DNA of 64,000 bases from Bacteroidales bacterium (GCA_014800795.1 JAAVFL010000035.1:6869-70868), one strand, 5' to 3'. Positions 11,526 to 21,437 are shown, counted from the stretch's first letter. Notes: a model not told the origin generated them from the letters alone. Translations and numbers: made by a program.

Positions 11526-12010
11526 TTACAAAAGGTGGTGATCTTATGCTTTTCGTTAATGGAAAAGCTATCGCATACGCAACTAACCACACTCTTAGTA
11601 TCTCTGCTGATACTAAGGAAACTTCTACTAAAGATAGTGGTGGACTTTGGCAGACTTCAGAAGTAGGTATGTTAAGCTGGAGCTGCTCTAGTGAGAATCT
11701 TGTAGGTGATCCGATGGCAGGAATAGGATATGCAGAGCTTTATGATATGATGATAGCTCGCAAGCCTGTAACTGGTGTATTTGCACTTGAAGGTAACTCT
11801 ACTAACTTTGCAGAGGGTAAACTGGGTGCTGCTCCTACTGCTGGCTGGACTCCTAAAGCTGGTGATGGTTATACTGGATAGATGGTTATAACCAGCCTTG
11901 AAAAGAACGCCCCTAACGGTGAAAATGTAACTATTAAGGTTGATTTTACTGGTGTGGGTGAGCTTAAAAAGGTATCTGGAGCTAAAACCTTCTCACTGAC
12001 TGAGGGATAA
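11522..12010 (+). CDS. Major tail (tube) protein, TP901-1/phi13-like. 1 in-frame TAG.
   Basis: LFVNGKAIAYATNHTLSISADTKETSTKDSGGLWQTSEVGMLSWSCSSENL is typical of siphovirus tube proteins. It extends through the TAG at 11879 to a TAA at 12008-12010. Confidence 0.7.
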
Positions 12011-12127
12011 TTAGATTTGGGATTTTAATTAAGATAAAGAGAGGTTGCATTTTTTGTAAAAAAATACCCTTAGAAAGAGTAAAATAAATTTTTGCAACCG
12101 TGTGAGAATTAACTGAAACATAAGTAT

Positions 12128-12175
12128 ATCCCTTTATACCTTTGTTTAGAGGGTATAGAGGGATTTATTTTTAAC
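12128..12175 (+). terminator. Strong hairpin (about 13 bp, ATCCCTTTATACC / GGGTATAGAGGGAT) followed by a T-rich run, in the tube-chaperone intergenic region.
   Basis: Inverted repeat and the TTATTTTT tail were read directly from the sequence. Confidence 0.5.
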
Positions 12176-12185
12176 ACTAATCATT

Positions 12186-12485
12186 ATGACAATTACAATT
12201 AACAATATAGAGTATAAGCTGAAATATACTATCAGAGCTATATTTATCTTTGAGTAGATAGCTAAGAAGCCTTTTGAAGTAACTACTACCTTAGATAACT
12301 ACCTATTCTTTTACTGTATGATTCTGGCTAATAATCCAGATACGGCATTAGATTGGGATGATTTTTTAGATGCTGTAGATAATGATAAATCTCTTCTATT
12401 ACAGCTCAATGAGGTAATTATGAATTACCAGCAAAAGAATGAGCTGTTTAATGATGGTGGGGATAGCGGTGAAAAAAAAAGTTAA
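12186..12485 (+). CDS. Tail assembly chaperone (gpG-like). 1 in-frame TAG.
   Basis: 99 aa, immediately upstream of the tape measure. Ends ...GGDSGEKKS at TAA 12483-12485, just after an A9 slippery run. TAG at 12255. Confidence 0.75.
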
Positions 12486-12799
12486 GTGTATCTGAGTTAT
12501 ACGCTATACTTACACTTAGGCTACATTTTCCCCCAGAGTATGTACTGGATAAGATGGAGCTATACGAAGTAAAGGCTATTATGGATTATGAGTATTTAGC
12601 TTATAAAGATAGCTGGGAGCAATCCAGATTAGTAGCCTATATGATAGCCTAGACTAACAGCACAAAGTAGTTAAAGCTAACTGATATTCTTAAATTCCAC
12701 TGGGAGAAAGAAGATACAGATACTTCTATTTCTAATGCTGAGGTGGATAGATTAAGACAGAAGGCTAAACAATTTGAAAACATATTAAATACAAAATAA
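12186..12799 (+). CDS. Tail assembly chaperone frameshift product (gpGT-like), made by a -1 slip in the A-run at 12472-12480. 2 more in-frame TAGs in the extension.
   Basis: The -1 frame is open from the A-run to a TAA at 12797-12799 (…KKKLSVSELYAILTLRLHFPPEYVLDKMELYEVKAIMDYEYLAYKDSWEQSR…) and ends 1 nt before the tape measure ATG at 12801. Confidence 0.65.
12471..12481 (+). promoter_or_regulatory. Programmed -1 ribosomal frameshift slippery site (G AAA AAA AAA G).
   Basis: A run of nine A residues lies 1-2 codons before the gpG-like stop, with a long open -1 frame downstream. This arrangement is conserved in tailed phages. Confidence 0.7.
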
Positions 12800-12800
12800 A

Positions 12801-15635
12801 ATGGCAAACGATTATATAGTTAGGCTATAGGGTTAGGATAATCTATCTGGTACTATCCGAAATGTGCAAAGGAGTATAGAAGGACTGGGTGGAAGTGCTA
12901 ACCGATTAGACGCAATAGAGCAGAAATTTAATCGCATAGACCAATCTTCAGCACCACTTAGAAAGAAGCTGAAGGATGTGAAGGGAGAAATGGAAAAGCT
13001 AGCTGTAGCTGGTGATACTTCCAGTGAACTCTTCTAGAGAATGGCACAAGCAGCACAGAGGTATCAGCAAGCTCTAGACTAGCTAAACCAATCTACTAGA
13101 GGTGTTACTAATTCCAGTAACTAGATGAATAGTAGGCTGGGTGATCTTAGAGGTATCGCAAATGATATAGCTTCTAGAAGTGGATTCGGTGGTATTGCAG
13201 GGCAGTTAGGAGCATTAGTTACCCCTGCTGGAGCTGCTACTGCTGCTGTGGCTGCTGTTGGTGTGGTGATGGTACAAGCTGGTAAATCGGCTGCTGAATT
13301 TGAAACACACTTAGACAGTTTGCAATCTCTAACGGGATTGAGTGATGAAGCTATGAAAGATATATCTAAGGGAGCTGTAGATATGAGTAAGGAGTTTAAG
13401 AGTAGTGCCAGTGATATAGTAGATGCTATGAAGCTGATTGGTTCGCAAGCTCCAGAACTCCTATCTGATAAAGATGCTCTGATGGAAGTTACTAAGGCTG
13501 CAAACGTATTAGCGGAAGCAGCTTAGATAGAAGTAGTGGATGCAGCTAAGGGTATCACTACTGTAATGAATCAAATGGGTGTATCTGCTTCAGAAGCATC
13601 CAATATTATCAATACTCTGGCAGCATCTTCTTAGCAGGGTTCTGCTGATGTAGCCTATCTTAATAAGGCTTTTGAAAAGGCTGGTACTGCTGCTAAAGGT
13701 GCTGGTATGAACTATGTGGAACTATCGGCTGCTGTAGAAGCTATAGCACCTAAATTTAGTTCTGCTGATGTGGCTGGCTCACAACTTGCATCGACACTAT
13801 TAAAGCTATCTATGCAGGGTAATAATGATTTTAAGCCTGCTATGGTAGGTATGCAATAGGCTTTAGAAAATCTGGCTGCTGCTGAAATGACAGATAGCCA
13901 GATTAAGGATTTAGTAGGTGAATCTAATGTAACTATGCTGAAATCCCTTATAGAAGCTAAAGATACCTTTGCAGGGTACACCCAGAGCCTAGCAGGAACT
14001 AACACAGCCTTTGAACAGATGGCTATAAATAATGATAACTTTGAGGGTGCTGTTACTAAGCTAAAATCTGCTTGGGATGCTCTTCTAATCACTCTAGGAC
14101 AGTCTGGAGTATTGCAGGGTATAGCAGATGGAATAATGGATATTATGGGATTACTGAATGATATTATAAATGTAATCTCTGATGTTATAAGCACCTTTGA
14201 TTTATTTGGAACTGATGTAACGGATAACTGTAATATCTCTAAAATGCAGATAAGCCTTTTATCCGATATTATAAAGGGTATTGGTACTGTTTTACAGATT
14301 GTAGTAGCTGTAGCAGCTAAAGCCTTCAATGCTATTAAGGATGCTGCTACCAATGTAGCTAACGGTATTATGAATAAATGGAATCAGCTTAAAGGTACTT
14401 TGACTGATAACGCCTTTGTTTAGAATATTGCTAATGCTTGGACTACAATTTATAATAAGGCTGTAGAGATAATTGGTAAGGTTAAAAAGCTCTGGAATGA
14501 GTTTTTACAATGGCTGGGATTAGAAAGTAAATCTGCTTCTGTTCCTGCTCCAATGAAAACTACAGCGGTAACTAATACCAATACTACCACTTCTACAGAA
14601 CTTCCTACTAATACTTCTACTGGAACTGGTAAAGGCTCTGGTAAAGGAAGTGGTAAAAGCGGTACTAAATCTACAACCACTAAGCCAACTCAAACACCCC
14701 CAGAAGTAGGAAGTTTAGCAGCTCTGGAATAGGCTTATAGAAAGCTGGATGATGAGCTTAAAAACACAGTAGTATCTGATGAACGGTTAGCCGAAATTAA
14801 AGCGGAAAAATCAGCTTTAGAAGAGCAGATAAAGCAGCTCAAAATCAGAAACGGATTACTTGTAGAAAAGAAGGAAGAGCCTAAAGAGGTGAAACCACAA
14901 GCTAAAGAAGGCTCTTTAGCCTATGTGCAAAAGCAAATATCTGATAAATCGGCTGCTCTTAAATTGGAAGTAGTAGGTTCTGATGAATGGAAGCAGCTTA
15001 GTAAGGAGATAGCTGATTTAACAGACCAGCAGCACACTATTCAGATTTAGGTAAATGGTGAAGCTGTAAAAAGCCAGTTTGAATTAGCTGCTGAAGCTGC
15101 TGAAGCCTATAAGGAAAAGATGGCTGCTACTTAGGATGTAGTAGGTAATGTAGGTAGTGCTTTTAGCTCTTTAGGTGGTGCTATCGGTGGAACTGCTGGA
15201 AAGATGCTGGAAATGGCTGGATAGACAGCTTAGGCGGTAGCTCAGATGATTCCCCAGATTGTAGCTCTTATAGGTGCTAAGGAAGGTGAGGCTTTAGCTG
15301 CTGGTACTGCTTCTGCTGCTTCCCTGCCATTCCCTGCTAACATAGCTGCTATAGCTTCCATTATAGCTACTATTACAGCTCTATTCGCTTCCTTTGCTGG
15401 TAGCTTTGCCGATGGTGGTATTATCAGTGGTGGCTCTTTTCACGGTGATAAGATGCTAGCCAGAGTAAACGCTGGAGAAATGATATTAAATCCTAAGCAG
15501 CAGAGTAATCTGTTTAATGCTCTGGATAGTGGCGGTGCTACTGGTGGTGTGCAGAATGTAGAGTTTAAGATTAGGGGAGCTGAATTAGTGGGATGTACTA
15601 AGAACTATAATAGTAAGATGTCTAAGCTGAAATAA
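12801..15635 (+). CDS. Tail tape measure protein (about 944 aa, TP901-type core). About 14 in-frame TAGs.
   Basis: ATG 12801 and ORF-track pieces 13125-13526, 13887-14423 and 15246-15635 are all in one frame. The core reads ...AAKGITTVMNQMGVSASEASNIINTLAASS(TAG)QGSADVAYLNKAFEKAGTAAKGAGMNYVELSAAVEAIAPKF... There is a hydrophobic Gly/Ala segment near the C-terminus. Stop is TAA. Confidence 0.9.
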
Positions 15636-15641
15636 CTATAA

Positions 15642-15678
15642 TTCTGTTTGGTTATCTGTAATGGATAGCCAAACAGAA
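15642..15678 (+). terminator. 15-bp hairpin after the tape measure gene (TTCTGTTTGGTTATC / GATAGCCAAACAGAA).
   Basis: Near-perfect inverted repeat (one G-U pair) read directly from the sequence. The tail is AT-rich rather than a clean T-run. Confidence 0.45.
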
Positions 15679-15697
15679 TATCTATAATAAATAAGTT

Positions 15698-18133
15698 ATG
15701 TCTAAATATACTAGTGAGTTTACTTCAATAGAGAATATAAATTACAGAGTTGATATAGTTACTGATAAAGGTAGCACTACTGAGAACTTTGTATTAGGCG
15801 GTACACCCTTCATTACTCAGATGGATAGCGATGGTAAAACTATTTACGCTCCTATTAAATCAAGTGGAGCTACTATAGAAATGCTTACTTCTAAAATGCC
15901 TTTTGATTTATATAGTGGCAATACTAAGGGAGTTAAGGTAACACTTACTAATACTACTGCTAATAGAGTTGAATGGGTTGGATATGTTACACCGTGCGCT
16001 TATGATATGGGATTAGATGAAGAGAAGGAAGTAGTGGAGATTGAATGTGTAGATGGTATAGCAGCATTAAAAGATATGCCATACCGTTCTGCTAATAAAG
16101 ATGTAGATACCTTCTTAAATGTAGTTTTCAAATGCCTTAAAAGAGCTGGCTGTTATAAGAATCTGTATGTAACAGATAACGTACAATTCACTTCTAGCGG
16201 TACTGATTCCATAATGTCTAAGCTAAGAATATCAGAAGCTAACTTTTATGAAGAGAAGGATAGTGAAGCCTAGCCAGATGATTCTGTAGCTTGGAACTGT
16301 TACGATGTACTCTTTGAGATTATGTAGTATATGGGTTATACTCTTACTGCTGATGGAGAAGATGTATATATACTGGATTATGATGCTATGGTTAAGGGTA
16401 GAACTAAATACTTCAAATACTCTCTTACTGGCTCTTCTATCGGTACTCCTTCCACTGTAACCCTATCTTCCACTCAGCTTATAGACGGTAATTCACACGC
16501 TGAGAACGGAGCTAAGATTACTTTGGATGAGGTATTTAATCAAGTTACTGTAATAGATGAGTTTTATGAGATTGATAGCCTAGTAGATGGACTGGATAGC
16601 AGTAAGAACTACATTAACATTACAGCCAGTTATGATAATGAGCTGAAAAACTGGTTTAAGAATGATAGTAGGTTTTTAGAATCAGAAGTATTTACTGTAA
16701 AGAATAAAGCTGGAGTAGATGAGAGCTTTTTTGTTACTCTTACTAAGGCTGATGATGGTAAAATATTCTTTGTAGTAGGTAAGTTCTATGAGAATCCTAT
16801 GATTACCACTTATCACTATAGCCATAATGATAATAGAGTTTAGGCTTCTAATCTGTATGATCCTATGAAGTATTCAAGTATCTGGAATGGTAAGGGTGCT
16901 TAGGTGGTTGGGTACTTTACTAAGCAGATAGAGAGTAATAAGTACAATATCTGGAGAGCTAATATTACTTCTAATTGGGATGGATAGAGCAAAGATGTAA
17001 AGTTACAGCAGTTCGGATAGCTGGCTAATATAGCTAATATCGGAAGTAAGAAGCTGGTGAACTATATCCTTTGCCTTAATCAAGACACTAACCACATAGA
17101 ACACGATAAAGTTAGAAATTACCCCTTCTTTAAGATTAAGAAATCAGTACCTACTATCTTTGGTGGTGATGGTGGTTATATAGTGATTAAAGGAACTGTT
17201 ATTAGGCACTATATGTATAATGCTCCTTTTCCTATGAATGGTACTGTTTATAGGCATAAGGACACTAAGAAAACTTCTATCTATGCTAATGAAGGCTATA
17301 TATGGGCGCAATTAAAATGGGGTAATCACTACTGGAAAAATGAAGGTGATTATAAGTCTATGGGAGATTGGGTAACTACTCCAGCCTACTTTAAGATTTA
17401 CTATGGCGACCCTACAGCGGAACACCGTGTAGATGACTGGCAGGATAAGGATTCACCATTCTATAATAACTGTGGCTCTTTATGGGGTGTGGATGAGAAT
17501 GGCTATTATGTGCCAACTCCGCCAGATGGAAACCTTAACGGAGAAGTGGAGCTGACTATATTTGCCAATAAAGATACTAAAGGTAAATGGGCTAGAAATA
17601 ATAAGAAGGATAAAAAGAATAGCTATAGTGGCTATCCGCCTAAAGTTATGCTGTTTAAGGGATTGGATATTACTGTAGGATATTCTGATGATGCTATGAA
17701 TGAAGATGCTGCTTCTGCTGATACTTACTATTGTGCTGATAACTCTACTCAGGATAATGTAAGACAGATGGAAGAGCTGAAGTTTAAGATTTGTACTTAT
17801 GACAATAAAACCCCCAGCTATTCTACTGTAGATTATCTGGATAATGCAGGAAAGAGCCAGTACCTAGATAATACCTATAATCTGGCTACAAAACAGTATC
17901 TAAGGCAGGAACACCATTTAGTATATAAGCTGGTTAATCAGTACACAGAACCTAGAGCAATTCTAGAATTTAATCTAAAGAGATAGCTTAATATTAAACC
18001 TTACACTATTTTAACCAATAAGACTATTAGCGGAAGGAAGTACATAGTGCAGACTATAGGCAATGATTACCGATTTGGTATCTCTTAGGTTGAAATAATT
18101 GAAAAAGCGGATAATTACGATGCGATTGATTAA
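15698..18133 (+). CDS. Large distal-tail / baseplate protein (about 811 aa; Dit/Tal-like by position). About 8 in-frame TAGs.
   Basis: Pieces 15698-16273, 16331-16843 and 17057-17986 share one frame. The gaps contain only TAG (for example 16271, 16325, 16841, 17984). Stop is TAA at 18131-18133. It sits directly after the tape measure. Confidence 0.6.
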
Positions 18134-19220
18134 ATACGATGGAATAAGCGATAAGAGCGTTAAAGCCATATTAGGCAATAGTGGCGGTGGCTCTTCTAAT
18201 AGCTCTGATGTTGGCTCTAGAAGTGAATATACAGAGCTTAACAGAACTATCTGGGGTTAGGATGATACTGGGGATGATATAGATGGAAGTATGACTGTAA
18301 ACGGCAATATTTCTATTAAGTGTATCATACCCCCTTCCTATGAAGATGATGATTCTGATGATGGAGAAGATGAGGTATCAGAAGAAGGTGGTGGTAATCT
18401 CGATGTAGAGCTAAAGATTACTTCTAAGGATGTAGAAGCTAATAATATATATGCTACTGAGCATTTATATATACCACACCCTTCTACTAAGGCTAAGACA
18501 GATATAGTAGAGCTTCTTAAAGGCTATGATAGCAGGATTACCAATAACACAACTAACATAGCTTCCAATAAGACGGAAATAGACGCTCTTAAAGATAGAG
18601 TAGATACTGCTGAAACTAATATAACCAATCTGACTACTACAGTTAATAATCACACTACCAATATTAAGAAAAATGCAGATGATATAGCCGATTTACAGGA
18701 TAAGGTGGCTAATGGTGTGAGTGAGGATTATATTAAGCAGCTTATAGAATAGCTGGCTATCTCCAGAAATGGCAGCTACAGTAATCCTATTATTCTTATA
18801 TCTGGTAGATTCAGACGCTCTAGCATATCTGGAAGTAATTTCTACTTCTTTGATGGATAGAGTAACAATAATATGTATGTTAATACTGCTACTGCTGAAA
18901 ATGGACTTTTAACTATAAAGCTCACTTCTTACAATAATGCTAAGATTTATATTTCCAGCGTGGTAGTTACTTAGTATAAGTCTGGAGATACTACTGATGA
19001 GATTACCAATCCATATATTAAGGGTAGAAGTGATGGAGCGCACTGGTTTGAAGCCAGATGTGATAGCCACTCAGATACTAAAGAGATTTATATTAGGGAA
19101 TTTCACTAGGGAAACGGTGATAATGATACTTGGTATTCTGATAACTGGTTTGGTGATGGTGGAATTAGGCAGATAAATGTAATTGCTACTGGCTATATAA
19201 TAATTCCAAACAATGAATAA
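18120..19220 (+). CDS. Tail fiber / receptor-binding protein with a central coiled coil (about 366 aa). About 5 in-frame TAGs.
   Basis: ATG 18120 is in frame with piece 18291-18752. Contains an acidic stretch (YEDDDSDDGEDEVSEE) and N/T-rich heptads (TNNTTNIASNKTEIDALKDRVDTAETNITNLTTTVNNH). It extends through TAGs to a TAA at 19218-19220. Confidence 0.6.
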
Positions 19221-19935
19221 TATTATTAAAAGTGTACTGGGAGCTATATCTAATGGCTTAACTAAGCTGATTGGAGCAGTTAAGAGATACGGTATTATCT
19301 CTTCAGTTGTGGCTATGGCTTTATTTGTTGGCTCTTATACTCTAGTAATCAATCCTATCAGAGTGGATTAGATTGTAGAGAAGAGAATAGAGTATGTAAT
19401 GGAAAAAGAGAATAATAAAGCTGTAGAAGTTAGAGAGATTAGTATAGAGAAGAGATATAAGGCTGATGAGATTGTAGGTGATATTATGGTTAAGCTGATT
19501 GATAAATACGAGAATATTCAGAGGGTATTACTTCTGGAGAAGCACAATAGCCTTCAATCTATTAGCGGTGTAGATTTTCTATATCTTAGCTGCTCTATGG
19601 AAATGCTAACGCCTAACTCTACTCACTTAAATTATCTCAGTGAGGATTTACAGAAGCAGATAGTAGTGAATCTGATGGGTAATGATATGATAAACACTCT
19701 AAAGCATAGGGATTACCTATATTACCCAGATGTAGCTAGCTGCAAGCATCCTCAGCATAGGCTTATACACAAGCTGAGGGATGCAGGGGATAAGGAATGT
19801 GTGATTATTCCTTTTAAGGATGCTAATCATAGACCGCTCTTATTATTTGTGATTACTGGGTAGAATCTGGATGTAGATGGTATCACTGAATATATCCAGC
19901 AATTCAGTAAGACTATAGAGGATTGTCTGCTATGA
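19213..19935 (+). CDS. Membrane-anchored protein (one N-terminal TM helix), possibly a holin or lysis-associated protein. 2 in-frame TAGs.
   Basis: MNNIIKSVLGAISNGLTKLIGAVKRYGIISSVVAMALFVGSYTLVI... is followed by piece 19399-19863 in the same frame. TAGs at 19369 and 19861. The stop TGA overlaps the ATG at 19932. Confidence 0.5.
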
Positions 19936-20396
19936 AGCTGAGATTATATAGGAAGTATAAGAAAGCTACCTACAGTATAGGAAAGCTCTATGTAGATGGG
20001 GTGTACTTCTGTGATACTGTAGAGGATAAGGATAGAGGATTAACCGATAAGGATTTTCTGGAGAAGATTAAGGCTACTAAGGTATATGCTAAAACTGCTA
20101 TTCCTACTGGTACTTATAAGATTACTATGGGTGTAATCAGTCCTAAGTTTAGCCAGAAGCCTTACTATAAAGCCTTCTGTAATGGTAAGCTACCCAGAAT
20201 ACTTAATGTGAAGGGATTTGATGGCATACTAATACATAAAGGCTCTAATGCTGATAGCTCTGCTGGCTGTATCATAGTAGGTAAGAATACAGTAGTAGGT
20301 GGAGTAACTAATAGTTAGTTCTACTTTGAGAAGCTGTATAAGCTATTAGATGAAGCCTATAAGAAGGGTGAAACCATTGAGCTAGAGATACAGTAA
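19932..20396 (+). CDS. DUF5675-like / YkuD-like putative cell-wall enzyme (endolysin candidate). 1 in-frame TAG.
   Basis: The ILIHKGSNADSSAGCIIVG motif resembles the H-x-G...S-x-G-C active-site pattern of L,D-transpeptidase-fold proteins. It extends through the TAG at 20316 to a TAA at 20394-20396. Position is the end of the late operon. Confidence 0.5.
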
Positions 20397-20400
20397 ATGA

Positions 20401-20440
20401 AATCCTACATTCCTAAGTAGTTGGGGATGTGGGATTTTTT
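20401..20440 (+). terminator. Rho-independent terminator closing the late operon (13-bp stem with 2 G-U pairs, then TTTT).
   Basis: AATCCTACATTCC (20401-20413) pairs with GGGATGTGGGATT (20424-20436) and is followed by a T-run. Confidence 0.6.
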
Positions 20441-20455
20441 GTGTAATTTTGTAAT

Positions 20456-21358
20456 ATGGAAATAACAGTATATGAGGATAATTTAGCGGAAGATGGCTCT
20501 ATCATCATTGATAGATACATATACTTCTTTATAAATCAGCTTCAAAATAGGTGTGAGATAGACGGTAAGACCTATTTAGAAGGTGAAACTGCTGCTAATG
20601 CCTTTTTGAATAATGATCTAACACCTCAGTTATTCCATAATCTAGGATTTGATAAATGGGTAAAGGATGATGATTTAGATAAGCTCCACAAAGAAATTAA
20701 GGCAAATGGTATGAAACTATGCCCCTTAAACTTCTTTACCCTTTGCCAGTATATTCTCACTATAATAAAAGAGCAATATTTTATACTTCTGAAGCCTACT
20801 ATAGCTGATACCCTATCTGAGCTATCAGATGTAGCTTCTATTACTTTTACTAATGCTGATGGCAGTAGTATCAGCTCCAATAATTCAGAGTTAGTAAAGA
20901 TGGTGATGGATTGTGTGAAAGATGTGGGTGATAAGAAGTATGAAGCTGATAGTTTTGTGAGAGTGGATAGAATCACTGATAAGATTCTTATTCAATCCAG
21001 CTTTGCCTATTATGTGGCTCTATTCCTAAAAGAATACTTCAAGGATTACCCTAGAAGGAGTAACTGCTGTATGGTATCTGCAACGGAGCAGAAGCTAATT
21101 CTTTATATGCTCTACTTTTTTGGATTAGCACCAGCTCCTTTAACGGATTCAAGGTTTAGGCAGTTGATAGCGTACTATAAGGAACACCAAACTAGGGTAA
21201 GCTACTCAATACTTCCAGAAATCGGAGTAGTACCTATTGAGATTATAAAATATGGGGATTGGAAGGATGGTAATATAAAGCTAGACAAGCTGAAACATCC
21301 CTTAGAGGTTGGTGATACTGTTACTATTCCAAAGGGTGTAAAAATGGATATAAAATAG
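20456..21358 (+). CDS. Hypothetical 300-aa protein, a 'moron'-like insulated gene with no internal TAG. It is the only phage gene here that ends in TAG.
   Basis: Intact ORF. A TAATTTTG (TAnnTTTG) box at 20444-20451 lies 4 nt upstream of the ATG. Terminators flank it on both sides. I recognise no family. Confidence 0.6.
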   Translation: MEITVYEDNLAEDGSIIIDRYIYFFINQLQNRCEIDGKTYLEGETAANAFLNNDLTPQLFHNLGFDKWVKDDDLDKLHKEIKANGMKLCPLNFFTLCQYILTIIKEQYFILLKPTIADTLSELSDVASITFTNADGSSISSNNSELVKMVMDCVKDVGDKKYEADSFVRVDRITDKILIQSSFAYYVALFLKEYFKDYPRRSNCCMVSATEQKLILYMLYFFGLAPAPLTDSRFRQLIAYYKEHQTRVSYSILPEIGVVPIEIIKYGDWKDGNIKLDKLKHPLEVGDTVTIPKGVKMDIK

Positions 21359-21360
21359 GC

Positions 21361-21405
21361 AAAACTGTTAGTATGTATGAGGCTTCTACAACTAACAGTT
21401 TTTTC
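21361..21405 (+). terminator. Rho-independent terminator directly after the TAG of the moron gene.
   Basis: AAAACTGTTAGT (21361-21372) pairs with ACTAACAGTTTT (21391-21402). An inner TGTA/TACA extension lengthens the stem, and TTTT follows. Confidence 0.6.
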
Positions 21406-21406
21406 C

Positions 21407-21437
21407 TTTGATACCCCTTAATGCCGTTGTAATTTTG
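21407..21437 (+). promoter_or_regulatory. Bacteroidota-type promoter (-33 TTTG, 19-nt spacer, -7 TAATTTTG) for the ParB-like gene.
   Basis: TTTG at 21407-21410 and TAATTTTG at 21430-21437 match the published Bacteroides consensus TTTG-N19-21-TAnnTTTG. Confidence 0.55.

Noticed and set aside
12011-12185. A hidden suppressor tRNA in the tube-chaperone intergenic region.
   Set aside because: No acceptor/T-arm pairing, no GTTCRAnnC-type T-loop, and the hairpins do not form a cloverleaf.
13712-14353. Minus-strand 213-aa ORF inside the tape measure gene.
   Set aside because: It is antisense to a confidently identified tape measure core, and an open antisense frame is expected from that gene's biased codon usage.
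1-20396. Reading the fragmented phage ORFs as a decayed, pseudogenised prophage.
   Set aside because: Every interruption is a TAG. There are no TAA or TGA interruptions and no frame changes, and the fragments stay in frame over about 20 kb. Stop-start overlaps are preserved for the joined ORFs and the -1 chaperone frameshift is intact. Random decay would produce a mix of nonsense codons and indels.
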